Shown here: positions 46,830 to 56,582 of the stretch, in pieces
How the letters are laid out: each line of letters starts with the position of its first letter
How positions within the stretch are numbered: position 1 is the stretch's first letter
From: Coriobacteriia bacterium
Lineage (GTDB): Bacteria > Actinomycetota > Coriobacteriia > Coriobacteriales > Atopobiaceae
DNA length: 64,000 bases
Direction: 5' to 3'
Assembly (NCBI GenBank): GCA_030530145.1
Contig: JAUMVN010000003.1
Location: forward strand, 23,037-87,036
Made by a program: the position numbers and the translations under genes
Notes under the pieces: model-generated
Seen by the model: only the letters and a program-made list of their open reading frames with translations
The model's database searches: none
What the model was told of the DNA's origin: nothing

Positions 46830-48251
46830 ATGAGAGACCCGCATCGCACCAGGCGCGCGCTTCTTGCCGTCGGGGCCGCCGTGCTTCTGTGCGCGGCGAG
46901 CGCGAACGCCCTCGTGCAGCACCGCATCTCGCTCGCGCGCGCCGGCGCGGGCGATATCGGCGAGCCGACGCCCATCGAGAAGGTCGCCGACCCTGCCGGC
47001 GGCTCCGCCGGCGCCGACGAATCGAACGCGTCGGACTCCCCCACCCGCTTCGAGGTCACCGCCGACTACGCGAGCATCGTCGCCGAAGAGGGCGCCGAGG
47101 CCCACTCGACCTTTACCTGGGACGACGCGTGGTTCTTCCAGGACCCAACCGTCTACAACGCCGAGCTCGCCCACGCATGCACGGTCTTCTCTTCCGTGGC
47201 CAACTGCGAGTCCAGCCACTACCAGCAGGGCAGCAACGTTCCCGCCTACATGGAGCAGCTGCTCGGCAAGCTCGGGTTCGAGAACGTCTCGACCGCGTCG
47301 TACCGCTACCGCAGCGAGATCGTTGATCAGATAGCCAACGTATTCACGCCCGGCGGGACCGACACGACCGCCTACGCCATCGCGAGCAAGCACGTGACCG
47401 ACGCCGCTACCGGAAAGAAGAAACTCCTGGTCATGGTGGCCATCCGCGGCAGCTACGGCACCGAATGGCTGAGCAACCTGCGCTTTAGGATCTCGAGCGG
47501 CATCGTCCAGGGCTTCGGCGTGGGCGCGGGCGACCACGAGGGCTTCTCCGACGCTGCGCTCGACATAACGAACGCGACTTATCAGTTCCTCGACTCGGTG
47601 CTCGACGAGGACGCTGGCGAGACGCTCGACGACGTATGCCTGCTGTTCTGCGGGCATTCGCGCGGCGGCGCTACGGCCAACATCTGCGCTTCTTACCTGG
47701 ACCAAATCGCTGGCGAGGTCGCCGACGCGGAGGCGGCAAACCCCGAGCTCGCGGGCGCGGCGTCGGTCGTCCCGGCAGGCAACATCTACTGCTACACGTT
47801 CGCCACGCCCGGCGTCACCGACTCCGGCGACTGCAAGGCCGGCACCTACGACAATATCTTCAACGTGCTGAACCCGGCCGACATCGTGCCGCGGATGCCC
47901 CTTGCGAGCTGGGGTTTCGAGCGCTATGGCCGCGACCTGTGGCTCCCCGAGAGCGGCATGGACGACTTCGACGCCACGTGGGGAGAAGTGCGCGCGGCGT
48001 TCGCCGCCAACATCGGCTGCGAAACGAAGGCGGATCCCACCGACGTCGCCGACGTCGACCAAATCGTGGCCGACCTGGGCAGCATCGCCCCCACCGCCGA
48101 CGACTTCAACTCGCCGGTCACCGTGGCAAAGGCGCTCGGGGCGCTCGTCTCTGGCCACGACGTGTTGCGAATCGTCAACGGGCACGCGCCCGACCTTTAC
48201 GACGCCTGGCTCAGCGTCGTCGACCCGTCCCAACTGCGCACCTCCCGCTAG
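46830..48251 (+). CDS. Secreted or membrane-anchored class-3 lipase-like hydrolase (paralog 1)
   Basis: ATG 46830 after GGAGG; N-terminal hydrophobic helix; IRGS..EWLSN, GHEGF, GHSRGG, YTFATP, DIVPRMP. Confidence 0.85.
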   Translation: MRDPHRTRRALLAVGAAVLLCAASANALVQHRISLARAGAGDIGEPTPIEKVADPAGGSAGADESNASDSPTRFEVTADYASIVAEEGAEAHSTFTWDDAWFFQDPTVYNAELAHACTVFSSVANCESSHYQQGSNVPAYMEQLLGKLGFENVSTASYRYRSEIVDQIANVFTPGGTDTTAYAIASKHVTDAATGKKKLLVMVAIRGSYGTEWLSNLRFRISSGIVQGFGVGAGDHEGFSDAALDITNATYQFLDSVLDEDAGETLDDVCLLFCGHSRGGATANICASYLDQIAGEVADAEAANPELAGAASVVPAGNIYCYTFATPGVTDSGDCKAGTYDNIFNVLNPADIVPRMPLASWGFERYGRDLWLPESGMDDFDATWGEVRAAFAANIGCETKADPTDVADVDQIVADLGSIAPTADDFNSPVTVAKALGALVSGHDVLRIVNGHAPDLYDAWLSVVDPSQLRTSR

Positions 48252-48277
48252 CCCGTTACTGCCCGCATGCGGCCGTG

Positions 48278-48503
48278 CTGCAAGGTTTTGCTGTTCGTGC
48301 GACGTTTGGGGGGACTCGCTGCAAGGTTTTGCCCTTCGTGCAGCGTAATTTCCATCGCGAAAGCTGTATTTCAGGGCTGGCAGATTCGCTTACCAGGGAT
48401 TTTTCTGTTCTTGTGGGCGCGGCCGCTGGTTTTTACGCTGCACGAAGGGCAAAACCTTGCAGACGATGCCGGGTAACGTCGCACGAACGACAAAACCTTG
48501 CAG
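48278..48503. repeat. Nested palindromic element (family E): four ~30-bp units forming two concentric inverted repeats
   Basis: Inner perfect 30-bp inverted repeat 48319-48348/48433-48462; outer 27/29 inverted repeat 48278-48306/48475-48503. Confidence 0.9.
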
Positions 48504-48660
48504 AGCCGCCCCCCGGATAGCACCATACCGAGGGATTTGGGCCGGCATCAAGCCCCGCCCGCGTTTCAAGCCGCCACGCAACCTTGACCGCCGGTCGAAC
48601 GCACAGCGCCTGCCGTTTGACTTATGATTCATCAGTCAAAGCGTCGAGCAGGAGCTATGC

Positions 48661-50124
48661 GTGAAGAAGCAGCCCGAGACAACCGAAGACTCGCCAAAGA
48701 CGGCGGCTGCAGCCAAGAAGCGCCGGCGCGGACGGGTCGCGCTTCTCGTCGTCGCCTGCGTCCTCGTCGCGCTAATAGCGACCGTCGCTGGCGTCCTGCG
48801 CTGGAGAATCGACCTTTCCGACGCATCGGTCTCGACCATCAGCGACCCGCAGCCCGTCGCGACCGCGGTAAGCACGTCCAGCGACAGCTCCGGCGACGTG
48901 GAGACCCTGGCCGACGGCTCAATCTGCGTTACCGCCGACTACGCCATCTCGGGCTCCAAGGAGAACGGCACTGCCACCGCCCAGATGACCTGGAACGACG
49001 ACTGGTTCTTCTCCGACTCCACGATTTACAACCACGAGCTCGCGCAGGCGGCCGCAGCCATAGCCTGCGTGGCCAACGGCGAGTCTTATCATTTCTACGA
49101 CAAGGACGCCACGCCGAACGACCACATGCAGGCGCTTTTTTCAAAGCTCGGCTTCGAGTACGCCTCGACGGCGAGCTACCGCTTCCGCACCACGGTCATC
49201 GACCAGATCGCGCGCGTCTTCGACCCCAGCGGGACGAACACAACGGCCTACGCTATCGCGAGCAAGCACGTCACGAACTCCCAGACCGGCGAGAAGAAGC
49301 TCCTCATCCTCGTGGCCGCGCGCGGCTCTTGGGGCCCCGAATGGCTCTCCAACCTGCAAATGAGCCTCTCCTCCGCCTTCGTCGAGGGCACCGACGTCGG
49401 CGAGGGCGACCACACCGGGTTCTCGAACACAGCCCGCGACCTGTGCCAACAAATCTATGACTACATCGAGAAACTCCAGGAAATCGACCCCGACATCTCG
49501 CTCGGCGACGTGAGCCTCATGCTCTGCGGCCACTCGCGCGGCGGCGCCATGGCTAATCTTTCCGCGGCCTACTTCGACCAGCTCGCGAGCGAGTTCGAGG
49601 GCTCAGAGCTCGACGACGCGGCAGGGCTCGACGGCGAGTACATCCACCGCGAGTCGATCTTCTCGTACACCTTCGCCAGCCCTGAGGTCACCGACAACGA
49701 GGACTGCCAAGACGCCCTCTACGACAACATCTTCAACATCATCAACCCCGCCGACATCGTGCCGAGGCTCCCCCTTGCGAGCTGGGGATACAGCCGCTAC
49801 GGCCGCGACCTCTGGCTCCCCGAGTACGGCATGGACGGCTTCGACGAGAAGTACAGGCAGGCGGCGGACGAGTTTTATCGGATCGTGGGCAGCGAGGCGA
49901 ACACCGACCCGACCGACGTCAAGGAGATCGAGCAGATAATCGCCAAGCTTGGCGATCTCTTCCCCTCGCTGTCGGACATCCAAGGCCCGGCCAGCGCCAT
50001 AAAGACGGTATGGACCTTCGTAAACGGCCACGACTTCGTGCAGATCGTGCGCAGCCACGTGTGCAGCTTCTATCTCTCGTGGATGAACGTGATCGACGCA
50101 TCCGACCTGCGCGCCGACCGCTAA
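48661..50124 (+). CDS. Class-3 lipase-like hydrolase (paralog 2)
   Basis: Basic N-terminus plus TM helix; ARGS..EWLSN, GHSRGG, YTFASP, DIVPRLP; colinear with paralog 1. Confidence 0.85.
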   Translation: MKKQPETTEDSPKTAAAAKKRRRGRVALLVVACVLVALIATVAGVLRWRIDLSDASVSTISDPQPVATAVSTSSDSSGDVETLADGSICVTADYAISGSKENGTATAQMTWNDDWFFSDSTIYNHELAQAAAAIACVANGESYHFYDKDATPNDHMQALFSKLGFEYASTASYRFRTTVIDQIARVFDPSGTNTTAYAIASKHVTNSQTGEKKLLILVAARGSWGPEWLSNLQMSLSSAFVEGTDVGEGDHTGFSNTARDLCQQIYDYIEKLQEIDPDISLGDVSLMLCGHSRGGAMANLSAAYFDQLASEFEGSELDDAAGLDGEYIHRESIFSYTFASPEVTDNEDCQDALYDNIFNIINPADIVPRLPLASWGYSRYGRDLWLPEYGMDGFDEKYRQAADEFYRIVGSEANTDPTDVKEIEQIIAKLGDLFPSLSDIQGPASAIKTVWTFVNGHDFVQIVRSHVCSFYLSWMNVIDASDLRADR

Positions 50125-50209
50125 TCGGCTCCGGCCGGCGCGGCGCGCGCCGCGGGCTGCGGGTCGCGGGCCGGATGCCGCTCCACGTGCGCTGCCCACA
50201 AACTCGGCC

Positions 50210-50366
50210 GAGTACCAATCCGACCTTCTCAGCCGCTTCCGAACTCCGACGAATACCAATCGCACGTGCGGATTCAGGCCAGATTCGGCCGAGTACCAAT
50301 CGAGAACCGCGCTCGCCTTGGTATTCGCCCCAATCTCCGCGCAGGCAGAAATCCCGATTGGTATTC
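50210..50366. repeat. Repeat family F: GA(G/A)TACCAATC units
   Basis: Direct copies at 50210, 50251, 50291 (40-41 bp period) and inverted copies at 50318-50326 and 50356-50366. Confidence 0.75.
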
Positions 50367-50454
50367 GAAGCCATAAAAAAGCGCCCGCCTCAGGCTGGGA
50401 AGCCCCAACCCGAGACGGGCGCCGAACACCAAAGCAATAACCCGCGAAGAAGCC

Positions 50455-51822
50455 CTACAGCACGGCCTTGGCCTCCTCGAGCTGCGCGCGGACGGCCGCG
50501 TGGCCGGTGCCGCCGTAGGTCGTGCGGGCGCGCGCGATGCCCTCGGGGTCCAGGTCGGCGGCGATGTCGTCGTCGAAGAGCTCGCTCGCGGCGCGGAACT
50601 CGTCGGCCGTCAGGTCCTCGAGGCCCTTGCCGTTCTTCTCGCAATAGAGCACCAGCTCGCCGACCACGCGGTGCGCGTCGCGGAACGGCATGCCCTTCTT
50701 GGCCAGGTAGTCGGCCACGTCGGTGGCGGCGGTGAAGCCGGTCTTGGCCTGCGCGAGCATGACGTCGGCGTTGACCTGCATGGTCTCGAGCATGCCGGCG
50801 GCGATCTCCATGCAGTCGGAGAGCGTCTTCGCCGCGTCCATCGGGCCTTCCTTGCACTCCTGGAGGTCCTTGTTGTACGCGAGTGGCAGCGACTTCATCG
50901 TGGTGAGAAGCGCCATCAGGTCGCCGTAGACGCGGCCGCACTTGCCGCGCGTGAGCTCGGCGAAGTCGGGGTTCTTCTTCTGCGGCATGATCGACGAGCC
51001 GGTGGAGTAGCTGTCCGAGAGCGTGATGAAGCCGAACTCGGTCGAGCTCCACAGGACGATCTCCTCACAGAGGCGCGAGAGGTGCATCATGCTCACGCTG
51101 CACGCGTACTCGAGGTCGAGCAGGTAGTCGCGGTCGGAGACGGCGTCGAGCGAGTTGGGGATGGCGCGCGAGAAGCCGAGGAGCTCCGTGGTGCGCTGGC
51201 GGTTCAGCGGGTAGGTCGTGCCGGCGAGCGCGGCGGCGCCGAGCGGGTTCGCGTCGGCGGCGTCGAGCGCGGCCACCAGGCGCGTGTGGTCGCGCGTGAA
51301 CATCCAGAAATACGCCAGCATGTGGTGAGAGAAGAGCACCGGCTGCGCGTGCTGCAAGTGGGTGTAACCCGGCATGACCACATCAAAGTTCTTCTCGGCA
51401 ACGTCAACGAGCACGCGGCGCAGGGCGTCGTTGCCCTCGATAAGGTGCTGGCAGAGCTCCTTGGCGTAGAGGCGGATGTCGGTGGCAACCTGGTCGTTGC
51501 GGGAGCGGCCGGTGTGCAGGCGCGCGCCCGGGGTGCCGATGTTGCGCGTGAGGGCGCCCTCGACGGCCATGTGGATGTCCTCGTCGTTGACGTCCCACGC
51601 GAACTCGCCGCGCTCGATCTGGCCGGAGATGTCCGCCAGGCCCGCGTCGATGGCCGCCTGGTCGTCCTCGGAGATGATGCCCTGCTCGGCGAGCATCTTC
51701 GCGTGCGCGCGGCTACCGGCGATGTCCTGCTGCGCCATGGCCTTGTCGACCTCGAGCGAAGCGCCGAACTCCTGCGTGAAGGCGTCGACGCCCTTCTCGA
51801 ACCTACCGCCCCAAAGAGCCAT
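50455..51822 (-). CDS. argH: Argininosuccinate lyase
   Basis: MALWGGRF, LHTGRSRNDQ, MPGYTHLQ, GSSIMPQKKNPD, YNKDLQE. Confidence 0.96.
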   Translation of the reverse strand: MALWGGRFEKGVDAFTQEFGASLEVDKAMAQQDIAGSRAHAKMLAEQGIISEDDQAAIDAGLADISGQIERGEFAWDVNDEDIHMAVEGALTRNIGTPGARLHTGRSRNDQVATDIRLYAKELCQHLIEGNDALRRVLVDVAEKNFDVVMPGYTHLQHAQPVLFSHHMLAYFWMFTRDHTRLVAALDAADANPLGAAALAGTTYPLNRQRTTELLGFSRAIPNSLDAVSDRDYLLDLEYACSVSMMHLSRLCEEIVLWSSTEFGFITLSDSYSTGSSIMPQKKNPDFAELTRGKCGRVYGDLMALLTTMKSLPLAYNKDLQECKEGPMDAAKTLSDCMEIAAGMLETMQVNADVMLAQAKTGFTAATDVADYLAKKGMPFRDAHRVVGELVLYCEKNGKGLEDLTADEFRAASELFDDDIAADLDPEGIARARTTYGGTGHAAVRAQLEEAKAVL

Positions 51823-51921
51823 TGAGCTCCCCTTTCGTCGTAATCGTCCAAGTTAGGTTACCGCACCGGGCACGTGCTCGCCACGCATAGCAACCAGGAC
51901 GCAATCCAGCAGGCGCGAACA

Positions 51922-52014
51922 GCGCTTCTTTGTGAATAACGCGCAAGTTTGTCCTTAACTTCACGATTGAAACGCTTCACTCGACAAACTTGTGCGCTAT
52001 TTGCAAAGAAGCGC
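51922..52014. repeat. Family G hairpin, left flank of the nuclease-fold gene
   Basis: 28/32 inverted repeat 51922-51953/51983-52014, ending 1 bp from the stop codon. Confidence 0.85.
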
Positions 52015-52015
52015 C

Positions 52016-53170
52016 TCAGACCGCGTACCTAAAAAGACGCGCCTTGAGCCACTCGGGGGTTCGCGAGGCCTCTCTCTCCAATTCCCGGGCGATTGCCGCC
52101 GCCTCCGCCCAGGGAAGCATCGACCACAGAAGCTCCTGTCGCTTACTCGCAGCGCCCGGGCTCGCCAGATAGTCCCTGGCAAACGAAGGCACCTCGACCC
52201 CGGTCAGCTCGACACAGCCCAATGCCTCGAGCACCAGCGTGTCCAAGCCGCCTTGCTCAAAGAGGTCCTCCGAGCAAACCGGCAGGATCACCCTGCCCAT
52301 GGCAAGAAGCTCGCGGTTCCTGCGCAGGTCATCGACGTATTTAGCACGGGCAGCGCGAACAGCGTCACGTTGCGCGGCGTCGTCTGGGGCGGCCGCCACC
52401 ATCTCCAAATCGTAGTGGCCGCGACCGTCATAGTTAAAGCCCACCGGCGCTACGGCCAACTCGATATCCGGCACGCGCGAGGTCGGGCAACCAAGGTCGA
52501 TGAGCTGCGCGGGATTTACGTATCGCGTGTTCAGGCGCAACTCGCCGAGGCCATAGCCGCCAACGGGCAACGGCAGCGTGAGCATCGTCGCCAACACCGC
52601 TTCCATGGGCGACCACGCGTTGTCGGCCACATACCCCAAGGCCCGAATCGCATCTTCCTTACCGGGCAGGTATGTGCATGCGTCGATGAACGCGCGGATT
52701 CTCTCGACCGAGGTCGCGGGAGGAAGGCCGAAGGCCACGTCCCCCATCATGGGGTCGCGCGGGTCGCGGCCGAAGCTACCGCACAGCTCATACCCCAACA
52801 GCACCAACACGGGAAAGCGCAAATGCCCGACCAAGTCGACGAAGAGCAGCTCAGGGCACGGTATCGCGATGCTGCCGCCAACGTCCACAAACGACCCCGG
52901 CGCGATTCCGGCGCCGTAGACGGTGTTTCGAACGAACCCGGCACGCAGCCTATGGACGGAATCGGGCACTGCCACATCCAAAGGATGTTCCTTGCTCGGC
53001 CGTTCGGTCATCAACAGCGCTTCCAGCGGCATCATGCCCGCCGTCCAACGCTTGCGCGGCGACGGGTCCGGGACCGGCGCCGCGGTCCTTCTCTCCAAGG
53101 CCGCAGGATCGCGGCGCCGCACGTCGCGCAGGACCTTTAAGGCGCACAAACCGCACACCGCGAGCTGCAT
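52016..53170 (-). CDS. AbiEi-like N-terminal region fused to a DUF559/Vsr-like PD-(D/E)XK nuclease-fold domain
   Basis: Start MQLAV at 53170 after GGAGG; SPMEAVL..LP..GGYGL, RVPD, GFNYDGRGH, DDLRRNRELLAMG match the DUF559 pattern SxxE..D..EyDGxxH..DxxR. Confidence 0.65.
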   Translation of the reverse strand: MQLAVCGLCALKVLRDVRRRDPAALERRTAAPVPDPSPRKRWTAGMMPLEALLMTERPSKEHPLDVAVPDSVHRLRAGFVRNTVYGAGIAPGSFVDVGGSIAIPCPELLFVDLVGHLRFPVLVLLGYELCGSFGRDPRDPMMGDVAFGLPPATSVERIRAFIDACTYLPGKEDAIRALGYVADNAWSPMEAVLATMLTLPLPVGGYGLGELRLNTRYVNPAQLIDLGCPTSRVPDIELAVAPVGFNYDGRGHYDLEMVAAAPDDAAQRDAVRAARAKYVDDLRRNRELLAMGRVILPVCSEDLFEQGGLDTLVLEALGCVELTGVEVPSFARDYLASPGAASKRQELLWSMLPWAEAAAIARELEREASRTPEWLKARLFRYAV

Positions 53171-53190
53171 AGGCGCCCTCCAAAAAAAGA

Positions 53191-53257
53191 AATAACGCAC
53201 AAGTTCGTGCAAAGAAGCGCTTCTAAACACGCTCTAAGCATGAACTTGTGCGTTATT
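53191..53257. repeat. Family G hairpin, right flank
   Basis: 19/20 inverted repeat 53191-53210/53238-53257; shares AATAACGC(A/G)CAAGTT and GCAAAGAAGCGC with the left flank. Confidence 0.85.
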
Positions 53258-53294
53258 GGCCTAGCGAGAAACGCCGAACGGCTCGGCAGGCGCC

Positions 53295-54524
53295 TTAGTC
53301 GACCGGGGTGAGGCCGCTCTTCGGGCCCTGGACCTTGGACCAGGTCTGGGACTCGAGGCCGTGGAGAGCGATGAAGCCGCGGGAAGCGGTGTGGTCGAAG
53401 GTGTCGCCCTCGTCGTAGGTGGCCAGGCCGTAGTCGTAGAGGCTGTACGGCGAGCGCATGCCGTCGACGAACAGGCCGCCCTTGCAGAGCTTGATGCGGA
53501 CGTCGCCGGTCACGAACTGCGAGGTGAAGTCGTTGTAGGCGTCGATGGCGAGCTTGGCCTGGCTGAACCAGAGGCCGTCGTACACGAGGTCGGCCCACTT
53601 CTCGTCGAGCTCGCGCTTGGTCTTCTGCGTGTTGACGTCGAGGCACATCTGCTCCATGGTCTCGTGCGCCTGGATGAGGAGAAGCGCGCCCGGGCACTCG
53701 TAGCACTCGCGGGACTTGATGCCGACGACGCGGTTCTCGACCATGTCGATGCGGCCGAAGCCGTTGCGGCCGGCGATCTCGTTGGCCTTGAGGATGAGGG
53801 AGAGGATGTCCATCTTCTCGCCGTTGATGGCGGAAGGCACGCCCTGCTCGAAGGAGATGACGACGGTCTCGGGCTCAGCGGGGCAGTCCTCGAGGTTGTT
53901 GGTCATCGTCCAGATGTCCGCCGGCGGCTCGTTCCAGGTGTCCTCGAGGACGCCGCACTCGATGGCGCGGCCCCAGAGGTTGTCGTCGATGGAGTAGGGC
54001 TTCTTCTTGGTGGTCGGCACGGGCACGTCGTGAGCCTCGGCCCACTCCATCTCGGAGTCACGGGTGGTCAGGTCCCAGACGCGGACAGGGGCGATGATCT
54101 CGAGGGAGGGGTCGAGCGCGCGGATCTCGGTCTCGAAGCGGACCTGGTCGTTGCCCTTGCCGGTGCAGCCGTGGGCGACGTACTTGGCGCCGGTCTCGTG
54201 CGCGATGTCCACGATGTGCTTGGAGATCAGCGGGCGGGAGAGGGCGGAGAGCAGCGGGTAGACCTTCTGGTACTTGGCGTTGGCCTTGATGGCGTGGGTC
54301 AGGTACTTCTCGGCGTACTCCTGGCGCATGTCGACGGCCTTGGAGTAGACGGCGCCCATGTCGAGGGCCTTCTGCTCGACCCACGAGAGGTCCTTCTCGT
54401 CCTGGCCCACGTTGCCGCAGATGGCGACGACGTCGAGGTTCTTCTCGATCTGGAGCCACTTGACGATGACGGACGTGTCCAGGCCACCGGAGTACGCGAG
54501 GACGACCTTTTCCTTCTCAGCCAT
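53295..54524 (-). CDS. argG: Argininosuccinate synthase
   Basis: VVLAYSGGLDTS, YPLLSALSRP, HGCTGKGNDQVRF, ENRVVGIKSRECYE. Confidence 0.96.
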   Translation of the reverse strand: MAEKEKVVLAYSGGLDTSVIVKWLQIEKNLDVVAICGNVGQDEKDLSWVEQKALDMGAVYSKAVDMRQEYAEKYLTHAIKANAKYQKVYPLLSALSRPLISKHIVDIAHETGAKYVAHGCTGKGNDQVRFETEIRALDPSLEIIAPVRVWDLTTRDSEMEWAEAHDVPVPTTKKKPYSIDDNLWGRAIECGVLEDTWNEPPADIWTMTNNLEDCPAEPETVVISFEQGVPSAINGEKMDILSLILKANEIAGRNGFGRIDMVENRVVGIKSRECYECPGALLLIQAHETMEQMCLDVNTQKTKRELDEKWADLVYDGLWFSQAKLAIDAYNDFTSQFVTGDVRIKLCKGGLFVDGMRSPYSLYDYGLATYDEGDTFDHTASRGFIALHGLESQTWSKVQGPKSGLTPVD

Positions 54525-54984
54525 TTTTGATTTCCTTTCGATTGGCTAATTGCGCGGAGACTGCGCGGTTAAGCAGGTTAATTACAGCAGAACACAACAC
54601 CCGTCGATGCCGGACGTTGCAGGGAATTCATCTAAGGGCAGGTTTGGTGCCGCCAGACAAAGAAGCGCAGCGCACGCGACATCGCGGGCTAGATTCGTCG
54701 GTTCTGGCGTCGGTTAAGGGGAGAAGAGAGGGCGATGGCCTCGTCAAGGCACGCAGATATAGCGCGGTAACTCTTCATTAGGCTTCTTTCGCCTCCCCTA
54801 AAGACTAGTGGCCCGCGATATGTGCGCGGGGCTGCAATCAACGAAACCGACTATAGGCCCGCGCGGGGTCGCCGCGCAACCCAAAACGCGGATTAATTTC
54901 GTTGAGAAACAATGGGAGCGGGCACTTTGAGAGGAAAGAAGAAAGGCCGCAACCGGATACCGGCTGCGGCCTACAAATTCGAGG

Positions 54985-55060
54985 TGGTGCGCCGTCAGGG
55001 TTTCGAACCCTGGACCTTGGGATTAAAAGTCCCCTGCTCTACCAGCTGAGCTAACGGCGC
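54985..55060 (-). tRNA. tRNA-Lys (anticodon TTT)
   Basis: Reverse complement GCGCCGTTAGCTCAGCTGGTAGAGCAGGGGACTTTTAATCCC...GGTTCGAAACC...GCGCACCA. Confidence 0.96.
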
Positions 55061-55093
55061 AAGCTCGTTGATTGTAGCACGAGGGCGCGGGGC

Positions 55094-56377
55094 CTACTCT
55101 TCCCAAACCCACTGGCCGTTGACGAAGACCGGGGTCTCGGCCCCATCGGCGGCGACGCCCCAGATGTTCAGGTCGTCGGAGCCGATCATGAAGTCGACGT
55201 GCGTCACGCTCTGGTTGACGCCGAGGGCAAGAAGCCCGTCTTTGTCCGTGTCCAGGCCGCCCTCGACGCACTCGGGGAAGCCGGTGCCGAGCGCCAGGTG
55301 ACAGCTCGCGTTCTCGTCGTAGAGCGTGTCGAAGAAGAGCGTCTTGCTCTGGCGGATCGGCGTGTTCTTGGACACGAGCGCGCACTCGCCCAGCCGGCAG
55401 CTGTTCTCATCGCGCTCGATGATGGTCCGCAGCACGTCTTTGCCCTGCTCGGCGTCGTACTCGACGACGCGGCCGCCCTCGAAGCACAGCCAGAAGTCGC
55501 GGACGATCTGCCCCGCGTGGACGAGCGGCATGGCCGAATGGACGATGCCCTCGGCGCGCATGCGGTCCGGAGACGTAAAGACCTCTTCGGTTGGGATGTT
55601 CGGGAAGAAGCTCGTGCCCGTGACCGTGCGGCCCGCGCCGCCGTCCCAGATGTGGCCCGCGGTGAGGCCGACGGTGAAGTCGGTGCCGTTGGAGGACTGG
55701 TAGCGCAGTGCATCGAAGTGGTGGCTGTTCAGGAAGCGCTTGGACTTCTCAAAGGACGCGTTGTGCGTCTCCCAGGCGCTCTCGGGGTCCTCGCCGTCCG
55801 CGCGGGACGTGGCCAGGATCAGGTTCCACAGGCGATACACCGCCTCGGCCTCGGAGAGCTCCGGGAAGATGTGCTTGGCCCAGGCGGCGACCGGAACGCC
55901 GGCGATGCACCAGACGTTGCGGCCGAAGTCCATGCCGTCACGGAACGACTTGCACTGGGTGTTGCGCGCGCGGGCGGCCGCCGCGGGCTTCGCCGGGTCG
56001 ATGCCCTTGAGGGCGGAGGGGTCCGACCCTTCCAGGAAGAGGAACGCCGCACCCGCCTCGGCGAGGCTGTTGAGCTGCTCGATCTTCCACGAGGGCGTCT
56101 GCTCGAACCAGGAAGCTTCGACGTTCTCGTAGGTCAGGCGGCTGATGGCGTCGTCTGCCCAGATCACGGTCACGTGACCGGCTCCGGCACGGTAGGCCGC
56201 GGCGACGACGCGGCGCGCGAAGTCGGCGCGCTCGACGGGAGCCTGCAGCACGAGTTCCTGGCCGTGCTTGACGGCGACGCCCTTCTTTACCAGCAGATTC
56301 GCATAAAGGTCAAGTTGATCGGAGAGCGCGTCGGTGGCGATGCGGCACTCTTCGTCGGTCATGGGGATATGAGGCAT
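55094..56377 (-). CDS. M29-family aminopeptidase (AmpS/PepS-like)
   Basis: Start MPHIP at 56377; NIPTEEVFTSP, LGECALV, LYDENASCHLALG, HVDFMIG. Confidence 0.92.
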   Translation of the reverse strand: MPHIPMTDEECRIATDALSDQLDLYANLLVKKGVAVKHGQELVLQAPVERADFARRVVAAAYRAGAGHVTVIWADDAISRLTYENVEASWFEQTPSWKIEQLNSLAEAGAAFLFLEGSDPSALKGIDPAKPAAAARARNTQCKSFRDGMDFGRNVWCIAGVPVAAWAKHIFPELSEAEAVYRLWNLILATSRADGEDPESAWETHNASFEKSKRFLNSHHFDALRYQSSNGTDFTVGLTAGHIWDGGAGRTVTGTSFFPNIPTEEVFTSPDRMRAEGIVHSAMPLVHAGQIVRDFWLCFEGGRVVEYDAEQGKDVLRTIIERDENSCRLGECALVSKNTPIRQSKTLFFDTLYDENASCHLALGTGFPECVEGGLDTDKDGLLALGVNQSVTHVDFMIGSDDLNIWGVAADGAETPVFVNGQWVWEE

Positions 56378-56582
56378 ACAAAAATCCTTTCGGGGTCGGC
56401 GTGCCTTCTTCCGTATACCCAGCGAAGGCGAGGAGCCGGGGTAAAAAGGGCCAAAGGCCGCATAAGGCACGGCAGGCGCAGCAGCGAGCGGCAAGAAGGG
56501 CCGGGCGTCCATCAAACCGCCATCGGCAAACTGCCAGCAGAGCGCTTTTGGCCGGTGCGCTTGTGTTAGTATGAAATCTCAC

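Noticed and set aside
54525-54984. T-box, riboswitch or ARG box upstream of argG
   Set aside because: No T-box AGGGTGGNACCGCG core is visible; the best ARG-like match (TGAATTCCCTGCA) is one base short; the 9-bp inverted repeat at 54838-54846/54897-54905 is too short to call.
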